Origin: Candidatus Omnitrophota bacterium | GTDB lineage: Bacteria > Omnitrophota > Gorgyraeia > 2-01-FULL-45-10 | NCBI GenBank assembly: GCA_030695905.1 | Contig: JAUYOL010000043.1 | Location: 998-64,997 of the forward strand | Reading direction: 5' to 3' | DNA length: 64,000 bases | Part shown: positions 19,838 through 28,707 of the stretch, one piece after another | Numbering within the stretch: position 1 is the first letter of the stretch | How the letters are laid out: the number at the start of each line of letters is the position of its first letter | Program-made: the position numbers and the translations under genes | The notes under the pieces: generated by a model | Seen by the model: the letters and a program-made list of their open reading frames with translations, nothing else | Database searches by the model: none | What the model was told of the DNA's origin: nothing

Positions 19838-20247
19838 GAAATAATTCCTTTCTTTTCCATCTCTTTTATCTCTTCTTCAGATGGGAGTTTTGGCTCTTTT
19901 CTGGGAATGGGACCGACAGCTAATTGTTTGGAGGCCTCTAATGCTTTTTGCTGCGCAAAAGCCTCGGCTCTATTAACGTTTCTGGTATGTTCCGCTTCCA
20001 ATTCCCGCTCAGCTGCTATTTTCCGTCTTTCTTCTAATTTCTCCATATCCTGGGTAGGGCGTATCGTGGTTGCAGTTGGTATGGCATATTCCATCTGCTG
20101 TATTTGCTCTGCCGGAGGCTTCTCTTTGGGCTCTGACAAATACGGAGCTACATTACGTAAGAAAAGCATGTTAGTGACCAGTAGCATCACTATTGTAAAA
20201 AGAGCTATTATGAGAGCGGCTATGATGACGATTTTTTTTATTTTCAT
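19831..20247 (-). CDS. Hypothetical membrane-anchored protein
   Basis: N-terminal TM, charged helical remainder; follows the pilX-like gene. Confidence 0.7.
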   Translation of the reverse strand: MKIKKIVIIAALIIALFTIVMLLVTNMLFLRNVAPYLSEPKEKPPAEQIQQMEYAIPTATTIRPTQDMEKLEERRKIAAERELEAEHTRNVNRAEAFAQQKALEASKQLAVGPIPRKEPKLPSEEEIKEMEKKGIISY

Positions 20248-20266
20248 CGCGCTATTCCTATTGCTT

Positions 20267-21532
20267 TTAAGTTTCTGCCCACAAAATCTTTAGATATACT
20301 ATTCTATTGTTCGAATCCCTGGCAGGAGGGAAAAACGCGGGCGCGGAATCTTCAAATCTCTGATCGTAATTATAATCTTTCGTATAGCCGCTGACCTTTT
20401 GGCCAGTGCTCGCGTTGAATGTTCCTACCGCGCCTCTTTCGTCCTGTGTTATTCCGCCAAATAATGTCAACGTGCCCTTAACTACCGAAGTATAATTTTC
20501 CAGATAGAACGATTTATTTAGTGCGAGTATATATCCGTCTATCTCAAGATTATATGGTGCGGCGGAATCAATAACAACGTTGTTTCCGGAAACAATACCG
20601 AATATGTCGGTGCTTGACGGGTTGGTCCTGGGGTCATTAGCATATAAAATATTGCCTGTAATATAAATATTTTTACCGGTACCCTGGTTTCCTACGGTAA
20701 GTTGGCCGGACAATATACCGGAAATGTTTAAGTCGCCATTGTTGACAAAAAGCGCCCCGCTTGGCGGCACCGGCACATTATAGTTATCCCAATCTTTATC
20801 GGCATTTGTTACATTCATTGTGCCGTTTGACAAAAGCGTTACGGTTGAATCGCCTATTAGATATAACCCGTTGCTTTGTTGCGCGGAAGCGCTTAAACTG
20901 CTTAAGATGTCCGCCGATGTCGGCAGTCTTATATTAGGCGCGCCCAGGGTTAGCGATTCTCTGAAGTCCGGATTATCCAATGGAGGCGGCCCATGATAGT
21001 AATGTATGGAAGTGCTCACACTGCTGACCGGCCCCTCAAAGGTGGGGTCATCTATTATATTTAATTGGCCGTTGGTATGCATAGGGCCTCTTATAGCATC
21101 GCCGCCTATAAACCATATGCGGGATCCGCTGCGTATTTCCGTATCTGTTAGATAAATGTATCTGGAGTAGGACATCGCTCGGACTGTAAGCGATAGTGTT
21201 TTTGTTGAATTCTTGTAGGTTCCGGTGGAAGTTAATACATAGGTAGGGAAGACGCCGCCGCCGGTTTGGCTCACTATTACATTAAATGTTCCTGTGTTGC
21301 CGGAAGAAAGAGTGATCGTTCCGCCAGTGCCCATTGTGCTGCCTGAGCGTAACTCCACAAATTTCTTAGCCAGGCCTGCCTCCGCAAGATAGTAAGCGCG
21401 TATACCATCGGTTGCTCTGGCTGCCAGGGACAGATCTCCGGATGCTATAGCAGCCAGGCCTATTATTATAGCAAGAATTATCATTGCTATAACCAGCGCG
21501 AATATAAGGGCAAATCCTTCTCTTGTTTTCAT
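20267..21532 (-). CDS. PilX-like minor pilin with a large beta-rich C-terminal domain (DUF4900-like)
   Basis: REG|FALIFAL; RAYYLAEAG; GPMHTNG; GYTKDYNYDQRF...PAFFP. Confidence 0.75.
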   Translation of the reverse strand: MKTREGFALIFALVIAMIILAIIIGLAAIASGDLSLAARATDGIRAYYLAEAGLAKKFVELRSGSTMGTGGTITLSSGNTGTFNVIVSQTGGGVFPTYVLTSTGTYKNSTKTLSLTVRAMSYSRYIYLTDTEIRSGSRIWFIGGDAIRGPMHTNGQLNIIDDPTFEGPVSSVSTSIHYYHGPPPLDNPDFRESLTLGAPNIRLPTSADILSSLSASAQQSNGLYLIGDSTVTLLSNGTMNVTNADKDWDNYNVPVPPSGALFVNNGDLNISGILSGQLTVGNQGTGKNIYITGNILYANDPRTNPSSTDIFGIVSGNNVVIDSAAPYNLEIDGYILALNKSFYLENYTSVVKGTLTLFGGITQDERGAVGTFNASTGQKVSGYTKDYNYDQRFEDSAPAFFPPARDSNNRIVYLKILWAET

Positions 21533-21539
21533 ATCTTCT

Positions 21540-22076
21540 TTATTTTGGAGTATTCCTTAAATTGACGTTTGTAGTGACAGACCCCACAGAGCTTCTACCG
21601 CCCCTTTGTTGCAACACAGAAACATAAATCGTGACCAATTGTTCATCGGCTGAAGGTTCGCTGAAGGTTAAGGTTACATTTGAATTTCCAGGTGGTGTGT
21701 ATATGACTTTCTGTGTCGGATTTTGCGTGGGGCTTTCATAGACTATAGTGTTATTGGTTAGAAAAAATTTTCTGACAATCGGGGGGTCATCGCCAGGTTG
21801 TATAAATTGTATCTCGGTGCTGGGCATGGCCGGGGTAGTGCTGGAGGGAGCCCCTGAGCGTAAGCCGAATGTTCCGGCCGGCTCTTTTACTCCACGGATC
21901 ATAGTAGCGAGTGCAATATTGATATCACGTTGAAGATTGTAAGTTGCAATACTGTCTGAATAGGCATTCTGGGTCAGCATAAAAGCGCCTATGGCGGAAA
22001 TGAATAAGAAGACAACAATAACGCTTGCTATAAGAAGCTCTGTTAAACTATGCGCTTTTCTACTCGTGATTATCAT
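21540..22076 (-). CDS. PilW-like minor pilin
   Basis: RKA|HSLTELLIAS with a hydrophobic helix; C-terminal VNLRN. Confidence 0.72.
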   Translation of the reverse strand: MIITSRKAHSLTELLIASVIVVFLFISAIGAFMLTQNAYSDSIATYNLQRDINIALATMIRGVKEPAGTFGLRSGAPSSTTPAMPSTEIQFIQPGDDPPIVRKFFLTNNTIVYESPTQNPTQKVIYTPPGNSNVTLTFSEPSADEQLVTIYVSVLQQRGGRSSVGSVTTNVNLRNTPK

Positions 22077-22080
22077 TTTC

Positions 22081-22506
22081 TTAATTTATCTGAGGTTCGT
22101 TGGCTATATATGTTCCTACATACTCACGCATGGTTCTGTTCGTACCGAATAGTATCTCGCTCCACTGCATTTCAACAATGACGCTCTTATAATAGCCGAG
22201 GTCCCCGGAAACAGTAACAATTCGCCTGCCTTTGAAATCATCGGCTGTATTATTGGGCGTGCCCCTGGTATCTATTGATACGCCATTGATGTTACTGCTT
22301 AGTATATTGGCAAAAGGTAATTTTCGCAATCTTTCTATTTCTTGCTGGGCGGCATATGCGGCTTGCGTTTTGTGTTTGGCATAGGAGGCGCTATATTTGC
22401 CTACGATAAGGGTATTTACGGCGCTTAGCCATATGATGATGAGGATGAATATGCTGACGACGGCCTCTGTCAGCGTGAAACTTTTACGGGAGAAGAGTTT
22501 CATCAT
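22081..22506 (-). CDS. PilV-like minor pilin
   Basis: RKS|FTLTEAVVS; AQQEIERLR; V.V.MQW. Confidence 0.75.
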   Translation of the reverse strand: MMKLFSRKSFTLTEAVVSIFILIIIWLSAVNTLIVGKYSASYAKHKTQAAYAAQQEIERLRKLPFANILSSNINGVSIDTRGTPNNTADDFKGRRIVTVSGDLGYYKSVIVEMQWSEILFGTNRTMREYVGTYIANEPQIN

Positions 22507-22512
22507 GCAGTG

Positions 22513-22541
22513 ATTATACACACGGGCAGATATGAATGCAA
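22513..22541 (-). promoter_or_regulatory. Sigma-70 promoter of the minor pilin operon (predicted leaderless)
   Basis: TTGCAT-N17-TATAAT ending 6 nt before the ATG at 22506. Confidence 0.65.
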
Positions 22542-22548
22542 GAAAAAA

Positions 22549-22595
22549 TTGACAAGCGGATTATCAAAGTGTATATTATGGGTATATACTCAAAA
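22549..22595 (+). promoter_or_regulatory. Sigma-70 promoter with an overlapping palindromic operator for the DUF134 gene
   Basis: TTGACA-N17-TATATT; near-palindrome TGGGTATATACTCA at 22579-22592. Confidence 0.65.
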
Positions 22596-22635
22596 CATAA
22601 CCTGTGAATAATTTTTATAAAATAGGTATTTAGAT

Positions 22636-22938
22636 ATGTCCGGCAGGCCGAAAATACATAGGATCGTTAGCAGAGAACCCAATACGAAACAGTTTAGTCC
22701 GCGGGGGACAAGGGGCAGGCCGGGCTATAATCAATTAAAGGTTGAGGAACTTGAAGCAATAAGGTTGTCAGACCATATGGGCTTAAAACAGGCCGAGGCG
22801 GCCAAGTGCATGGGGATAAGCCAACAGACATTCTCAAGGATATTAAGAAACGCCAGGAAATGCCTGGCAGAAGCCCTGGTTTTGGGCCATATCATAAAGG
22901 TTAATGGGGGAGTCTTCAAAATTGAGAAATGGACCTAA
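22636..22938 (+). CDS. DUF134 family DNA-binding protein
   Basis: GRP...R.V; EELEAIRLSDHMGLKQAEAAKCMGISQQTFSRILRNARK.LAEALV.G..I...GG. Confidence 0.88.
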   Translation: MSGRPKIHRIVSREPNTKQFSPRGTRGRPGYNQLKVEELEAIRLSDHMGLKQAEAAKCMGISQQTFSRILRNARKCLAEALVLGHIIKVNGGVFKIEKWT

Positions 22939-23065
22939 AATAGCTATCCTGGCAATTCTTTTAGTAGTTACTGCAACTGCATTGACAGGTTGCGTGTCAA
23001 TTCCGATCCCAAGTTCAATTCCGCTACCAAGCCAGATCCCTATAGTTAACTGGTTTCTAGTATAA
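22922..23065 (+). CDS. Unannotated 47-aa micro-lipoprotein MRNGPKIAILAILLVVTATALTGCVSIPIPSSIPLPSQIPIVNWFLV
   Basis: TTG start with GGGAG upstream; basic n-region, h-region, LTGC lipobox. Confidence 0.65.
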   Translation: MRNGPKIAILAILLVVTATALTGCVSIPIPSSIPLPSQIPIVNWFLV

Positions 23066-23231
23066 GCATACCCATAAAGACCGTTATAAATCCATTCTTG
23101 GCCCAATAGAGAACGTCCTATAATATATCTTATGTTAACTTGGCCTATTGAAAGTAATAGCCACAAGTATCTGTGGCTCAATGTGTTATATTATAATGTA
23201 AATTATATGTGGATAACTACTAATTCTACTT

Positions 23232-23981
23232 CTATTTGATAAGTTTGGATATTCTTGGCGGAGCTTCTTTTAATTCTAACCACTTTCCTGGCTTTAGCGA
23301 TCCAAGCTCAAATGGTCCGAACCGGGTCCTTATAAGACGTTTTACAGGCCTATTTAATGCCCCAAATAGGCGCCGTATTTCACGATTTTTACCTCCCCTG
23401 AGGCTTATCTCAACCCAAGTGAAATCATCGTTTTTAGATAGTATCCTTAGGCCTGTAGGCTGTGTTTTTTCACCGCGGCCGATATCTAAGCCCATTTTTA
23501 GGATATCCTTGATTTCACTGTCCATAATCTGGCCCATTATTTGAACCTCATAAGTGCGGCTGATTTCATAATGCGGATCTGTAAGCAGATTGCCGAATTT
23601 AGTATCGTTTGTGAATATTAATAAGCCTTCAGAGTCTAAGTCCAGGCGGCCTACCGGAAACATCCACCCATCCACATCATTAAGAAACTCATAAACCGTG
23701 GGCCTGTTAAGCTCATCTTTGCGGGTAGTTACATAGCCGGCAGGCTTATGTAATAAAATATACCTTTTTTTGGCTCTTGAAATAGGCTTTTCGTTTACCA
23801 GTATTTTATCGGAATTTCTTATTATGCGGCCAGGGTCGGTGACAGTTTTTCCATTTATTTTTACCTTCCCCGCCATTACAAGCCCAAGCGCTTGTTTTCT
23901 TGAGCAAAAACCCGACTTTGATATTGTTCGGATTATATTCTTTGATAGGCTTTTTTTGTGGTGCTTACTGCGGCTATTCAT
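23232..23981 (-). CDS. rRNA pseudouridine synthase (RsuA/RluB family, S4 domain)
   Basis: HKPAGYVTT, PVGRLDLDSEGLL.FTND, GKNREIRR. Confidence 0.92.
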   Translation of the reverse strand: MNSRSKHHKKSLSKNIIRTISKSGFCSRKQALGLVMAGKVKINGKTVTDPGRIIRNSDKILVNEKPISRAKKRYILLHKPAGYVTTRKDELNRPTVYEFLNDVDGWMFPVGRLDLDSEGLLIFTNDTKFGNLLTDPHYEISRTYEVQIMGQIMDSEIKDILKMGLDIGRGEKTQPTGLRILSKNDDFTWVEISLRGGKNREIRRLFGALNRPVKRLIRTRFGPFELGSLKPGKWLELKEAPPRISKLIK

Positions 23982-24062
23982 CGCTTTTATTGTGTTATTT
24001 TCACTATTTTGCCTCTCCCCCGCCCGTTTTTACCCCCTCCCCCGGTATGAAAATGTGAGTTT

Positions 24063-25058
24063 TTATAGGGATTTTATCGCGGTTAATGCAATATAGGCTA
24101 ATGCGGAAATTATCGCGGAACACGGTATTGTAAGAACCCAGGCCCATATTATCCGACCTGCTACTCCCCACTTGACCGCACTCATTCGTTTAAGGGAGCC
24201 TATGCCCATAATGGCTCCGGTAATGGTATGGGTCGTGCTTACAGGAATGCCGAATGCGGATGACATAAATAGCGTAGCGGCTGCCCCTGATTCGGCGCAG
24301 AATCCATCTACAGGTTTAAGTTTTGCGACTTTTTGTCCCATCGTTTTTACTATACGCCACCCGCCAAACATTGTGCCAAGCGCTATTGCGGTATGACATA
24401 TTATGACTACCCAAAAAGGTATATGAAATGTGGTCCCTAACACACCCGCGCTAAAAAGGAGGCTTGCGATAATTCCCATCGTCTTTTGCGCATCATTTCC
24501 GCCATGACCAAGGCTATACAGTGCCGCGGAAAATAATTGACCTTTCCTAAATATATGATCAACTTGCGATGGAACGCTTTTTCGGAATATCCAGTAAACG
24601 AGTATGCCGAATACCAGGCCTAAAATAAGCCCCAAGACTGGGGATATTACTATAAATATCGCAGTTTTTATAATACCGTTCCAGACTAAAGATGAGCTCC
24701 CTGCCTTTACTAAAGCGGATCCTATCATACCGCCTATGAGAGCATGCGATGAGCTTGTGGGTAGGCCAAGGTACCATGTGATAATGTTCCAGCCGCATGC
24801 GCCAACAAGCGTGCCGAATATTATGTTGTTATCTACTATGGCTATGTCTATAATCCCCTTGCCTATAGTGTTTGCAACGTGAAGACCGAAGAATAGGAAT
24901 GCTACAAAATTAAAGAACGCGGCCCATATGACCGCATATCGCGGTGACAATACACGCGTGGAAACTATAGTGGCTATGGAATTGGCTGAATCATGAAAAC
25001 CATTCAAGAAGTCAAATAGGAGGGCTAAAAAAATCAGGAATAATACGGCAAGTGTCAT
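24063..25058 (-). CDS. pit: Inorganic phosphate transporter (PiT family)
   Basis: NGFHDSANSIAT, PTSSSHALIGG, HGGNDAQKTMG, PVSTTH. Confidence 0.93.
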   Translation of the reverse strand: MTLAVLFLIFLALLFDFLNGFHDSANSIATIVSTRVLSPRYAVIWAAFFNFVAFLFFGLHVANTIGKGIIDIAIVDNNIIFGTLVGACGWNIITWYLGLPTSSSHALIGGMIGSALVKAGSSSLVWNGIIKTAIFIVISPVLGLILGLVFGILVYWIFRKSVPSQVDHIFRKGQLFSAALYSLGHGGNDAQKTMGIIASLLFSAGVLGTTFHIPFWVVIICHTAIALGTMFGGWRIVKTMGQKVAKLKPVDGFCAESGAAATLFMSSAFGIPVSTTHTITGAIMGIGSLKRMSAVKWGVAGRIIWAWVLTIPCSAIISALAYIALTAIKSL

Positions 25059-25064
25059 TATTAT

Positions 25065-25691
25065 TTATGCTTGTTTTACAAGTATATTCTGCACTATATG
25101 TGCGACGTCTTCACAGATGTCGAGAACCGTTTCAGCGTCTTGATATATATCTTTCCACTTTATTAAAGCTATTGGGTCTTTTTCAGTCTCAAAAAGTTTT
25201 GCAAGCATCTGATCCCTCATAGAATCACCAACATTTTCAAGACGATTGACCTCAACGCAGGATTCCGTAACGGATCTCATATTTTTTGCATTACGCAAAC
25301 CTTTTATAGCGCATTCCACCGCGCGAACCGATTCGTCTATTACCGAAGCGAATTCTATCAGATTTTTATTTCCGCCGGTTACGTTATAGACTCTTAACCG
25401 GTTTATGATCGTGTAAAGCATGTCAATAATATCATCAAGCTCTTTTGCGAGCGCATGAATATCTTCACGGTCAAACGGCGTGATGAATGTCTTGTTAAGG
25501 CGTTCCAGTATTTCATGAGTTACTTCGTCGCCGTCGTGCTCCAGTTGGTGCATCTTCTCCAGGGATTTTTCATCAATGATATTTTGAGATACTAGTTCTT
25601 TGAAGCAACCGGCGGCTTCTACCGCATAGTGGGCCTGTTTTTCGAAAAGGTCAAAAAAATTAAAATCTTTTGGCAGGAACTTAAAAAACAT
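25065..25691 (-). CDS. DUF47 phosphate transport regulator (Pit accessory)
   Basis: LEHDGD, TFITPFDREDIH.LA..LDD, ENVGD, WKDIY. Confidence 0.92.
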   Translation of the reverse strand: MFFKFLPKDFNFFDLFEKQAHYAVEAAGCFKELVSQNIIDEKSLEKMHQLEHDGDEVTHEILERLNKTFITPFDREDIHALAKELDDIIDMLYTIINRLRVYNVTGGNKNLIEFASVIDESVRAVECAIKGLRNAKNMRSVTESCVEVNRLENVGDSMRDQMLAKLFETEKDPIALIKWKDIYQDAETVLDICEDVAHIVQNILVKQA

Positions 25692-25738
25692 ATTGCTCTC
25701 CTCGATGATATTGTTAGTGAAATATAAATTACATTATC

Positions 25739-25767
25739 ATTATAGGGAGCAAAATATGCGGTGTCAA
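25739..25767 (-). promoter_or_regulatory. Consensus sigma-70 promoter of DUF47-pit
   Basis: TTGACA-N17-TATAAT. Confidence 0.8.
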
Positions 25768-25774
25768 GGTATTA

Positions 25775-26437
25775 TTAGTTTGAAAGCGTTTTTTTTCTAC
25801 TCTTTTCTTTGCGCGCTCTCCAGAATTCTATAAATACCGGCATTGCAGAAACAACCATTATGCCTAATATCGCCAGCGTGAAGTTATTTTTGATAACAGG
25901 CGCATTTCCGAAAAAGTATCCGCATGCTAAAAATATCGCAACCCATAAAAATCCACCTACTACGTTGTAAATAATGAATTTAAGATAACTCATACTTCCT
26001 ATGCCTGCGACGAAAGGGGCGAAAGTTCTTACTATAGGAATAAACCTCGCTAATATTATGGTCTTGCCACCGTATTTTTCAAAGAAGCGGTGGGTCTTGT
26101 CTATGTGTTCAGGTTTCAAAAAACGCCCATGGCCATATTTTAATATCTCATGTCCTAAAAATTTTCCTACTGCATAGTTTACGGTGTCTCCGATAACGGC
26201 GGCGCTTACAAGAACCGCAAAAAGCCACCATGGATTGAATATTTCCATTGCCGCAAGAGTACCTACGGCAAAAATAAGCGAATCTCCGGGAAGAAAAGGT
26301 GTTATTACAAGTCCTGTTTCGGCAAATATTATAAGGAATAGGAATAGGTATACCCAGTTACCGTAATTTTGAACGATTATACCGAGGTATCTGTCGAAGT
26401 GAAAAATTGTTTCTACTATATTTACGATGTATTCCAT
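25775..26437 (-). CDS. dedA: DedA family membrane protein
   Basis: FAETGLVITPFLPGDSL, FFEKYGGKTIILARFIPIVRTFAPFVAG. Confidence 0.93.
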   Translation of the reverse strand: MEYIVNIVETIFHFDRYLGIIVQNYGNWVYLFLFLIIFAETGLVITPFLPGDSLIFAVGTLAAMEIFNPWWLFAVLVSAAVIGDTVNYAVGKFLGHEILKYGHGRFLKPEHIDKTHRFFEKYGGKTIILARFIPIVRTFAPFVAGIGSMSYLKFIIYNVVGGFLWVAIFLACGYFFGNAPVIKNNFTLAILGIMVVSAMPVFIEFWRARKEKSRKKTLSN

Positions 26438-26505
26438 ATTTTTTAGTTCCTAAATATTATGTGATAGGTGTAGCGTATCACAACCAACATTTTTGTCAAT
26501 AAGGA

Positions 26506-27174
26506 TTATCTTAATTTTTCCGGATGATGTTTAACAACTTCCGCCTCGACCATGTAAATTACATCCTCGGCTATATTTGTGGCATGGTCACATATGCGTT
26601 CCAGGAATCTGGCAATCAGTAGGAGCTGTACAGCCAGCGGGCTTGTGGAGCCATCCTTTACCATGTAGTCCTCTATTAGTTCTTTTTGTATAAGATTGCG
26701 TAGTTTGTCAGCTTCGGGGTCTGATAGCATGACATTCTTTGCCATATTGACATCGCCCCTTATGAAAGAGTCTATCGCGGCCTTCACCATGTTTTGAGCA
26801 ATAGCGGCAAGCTTAGGCAGGTCCACCAGGGGCTTTAATAGAGGCTTATCTACGATCTCGAGAGCACGCTGTGCTATATCTACAGCTATATCCGCAATGC
26901 GCTCAAGTTCAGTATTTAGCTTCATTCCGGTTGTAATGAATCTAAGGTCTTTGGCCATAGGTTGATATCTTGCGATCAGATCTATGCATTTTTCATCTAT
27001 TGACAGCTCGAGTTCGTCTATTTTTACGTCATTTTCAATGACGCTTTTTGCGGCGTTGGTATCCCGGTTTTTAAGCGCCTCAAATGCCTTATATATAGCT
27101 TCTTCGGCAAATGCCCCCATTCTTAAGATGTCTTTATTTAAATCTTTTAACGCTTCGTCGAAATGCCTTTCCAT
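26506..27174 (-). CDS. phoU: Phosphate signalling protein PhoU
   Basis: QPMAKDLR, ELERIAD, LERICDHATNIAE; start placed at MERHFD. Confidence 0.93.
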   Translation of the reverse strand: MERHFDEALKDLNKDILRMGAFAEEAIYKAFEALKNRDTNAAKSVIENDVKIDELELSIDEKCIDLIARYQPMAKDLRFITTGMKLNTELERIADIAVDIAQRALEIVDKPLLKPLVDLPKLAAIAQNMVKAAIDSFIRGDVNMAKNVMLSDPEADKLRNLIQKELIEDYMVKDGSTSPLAVQLLLIARFLERICDHATNIAEDVIYMVEAEVVKHHPEKLR

Positions 27175-27202
27175 TTTACACCTCTTCCCTTCCCTTTTTG
27201 TT

Positions 27203-27955
27203 TTATCCAAATCTGCCTGTTATGTAATCCTCAGTTTTTTTATCTCTTGGCCTTGTAAATATATCTTCAGTTTTACCGAACTCGACAAGCTCGCCCAATA
27301 ACATGAAGCCTGTTTCATCCGAAACCCTGGCCGCCTGCTGCATATTATGCGTAACTATTATTATAGTATAATCTTTTTTAAGTTGCTGCATCAACTCTTC
27401 TATTCTTAGCGTGGCTATCGGGTCGAGTGCGGAACAGGGCTCATCCATCAATAGAACCTCGGATTTAATCGCGATAAGCCGCGCTATGCAGAGTCTTTGT
27501 TTTTGTTCGAGCGACAGCCTTAAGGCGCTTGTCTTTAATTTATCTTTCAATTCATCCCATAGAAGCACCGACGCCAGGCTCTCTTCCACCAGGGCATCCA
27601 ATTTGCCCTTCTTCGCTATGTGATGTATTCTCGGTCCAAATGCCACATTTTCGTATATACTCAATGGAAAAGGGTTGGGCCTTTGGAATACCATGCCCAC
27701 TCTTTTTCGGAGCCCAACAAGATCTACTTTTTCGCCATATATGCTCATGTCATCCACTTCGACGGACCCTGTGATCCTTGCGTCTTCCACAAGGTCATTC
27801 ATCCTGTTGATGCATCTTAAAAGCGTCGATTTACCGCAGCCTGAAGAGCCTATCATTGCGGTGATGCACTTTTCTTTTATCGACATGTTAACGTTGATAA
27901 GCGCATGGAACTTATCATAAAATAAATTCAGGTTTGTTGTTCTAATTTTGCTCAT
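27203..27955 (-). CDS. pstB: Phosphate ABC transporter ATPase PstB (copy 2, degenerate signature LSLEQ)
   Basis: [45 protein letters not shown]. Confidence 0.92.
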   Translation of the reverse strand: MSKIRTTNLNLFYDKFHALINVNMSIKEKCITAMIGSSGCGKSTLLRCINRMNDLVEDARITGSVEVDDMSIYGEKVDLVGLRKRVGMVFQRPNPFPLSIYENVAFGPRIHHIAKKGKLDALVEESLASVLLWDELKDKLKTSALRLSLEQKQRLCIARLIAIKSEVLLMDEPCSALDPIATLRIEELMQQLKKDYTIIIVTHNMQQAARVSDETGFMLLGELVEFGKTEDIFTRPRDKKTEDYITGRFG

Positions 27956-28707
27956 CCGAACCTACCCGTTATATAGTCGTTGGTCTTCTTATTCGAAGGC
28001 GCGGTAAAGATTTTATCAGTAGTATCTATTTCGACAAGTTCTCCCATAAGGAAAAAAGCCGTTCTTGTACCGACTCTTGCCGCTTGCTTGGTATTATTTG
28101 TAACCAGCACTATAGTCTTTGTTTTCTTTAATTCAACCATAGACTCTTCCACTTTCGCTGTAGATATCGGGTCGAGGCCGGAGCACGGCTCATCAAATAG
28201 CACCACATCCGGATTTAGCGCCAGGGTTCTTGATATGCAAAGCCTTTGTTGCTGGCCCCCGGAGAGCTTAAGGCCCGATGAGCCGAGCCTGTCTTTAACC
28301 TCATCCCATAGAAATGATGTTTTTAACGCGTTCTCAACTATCGAATCCAGCTTTTTTTTATTATGTGTACCTGCCATCCTGGGCCCATATGCCACATTAT
28401 CATATATCGAAAGCGGCAATGGGATAGGAAGCGCAAATATCATACCAACTCTTTTTCTTAATTCTTCCGGAGACATTTGGCTGTATATATCTTTTCCGCC
28501 GATAAGGATGTTTCCGATGACTTTTATAGTATCCTCGATATCGTTAAGCCTGTTTAAACTTCTCAAAAAAGATGTCTTACCGCTGTTAGACGGCCCTATA
28601 ATGCTGAGAATTTCATTCTCTTTAATATCTATGGACACATTCTTAAGCGCCTGGACGCTGCCAAAGTTTATGCTTAGGTTTTTTACGCTTATTATATTCT
28701 TTACCAT
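27952..28707 (-). CDS. pstB: Phosphate ABC transporter ATPase PstB (copy 1, H-loop His absent)
   Basis: [42 protein letters not shown]. Confidence 0.9.
   Translation of the reverse strand: MVKNIISVKNLSINFGSVQALKNVSIDIKENEILSIIGPSNSGKTSFLRSLNRLNDIEDTIKVIGNILIGGKDIYSQMSPEELRKRVGMIFALPIPLPLSIYDNVAYGPRMAGTHNKKKLDSIVENALKTSFLWDEVKDRLGSSGLKLSGGQQQRLCISRTLALNPDVVLFDEPCSGLDPISTAKVEESMVELKKTKTIVLVTNNTKQAARVGTRTAFFLMGELVEIDTTDKIFTAPSNKKTNDYITGRFG

Noticed and set aside
22843-23181. 112-aa minus-strand ORF
   Set aside because: Antisense to DUF134 and the micro-lipoprotein; no recognisable motifs or SD
22603-23216. DnaA-box matches (TGTGAATAA at 22603, TGTGGATAA at 23208) as oriC, given mnmG and parA in the window
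   Set aside because: Only two boxes 600 bp apart, no dnaA/dnaN, and gene orientation converges here rather than diverges
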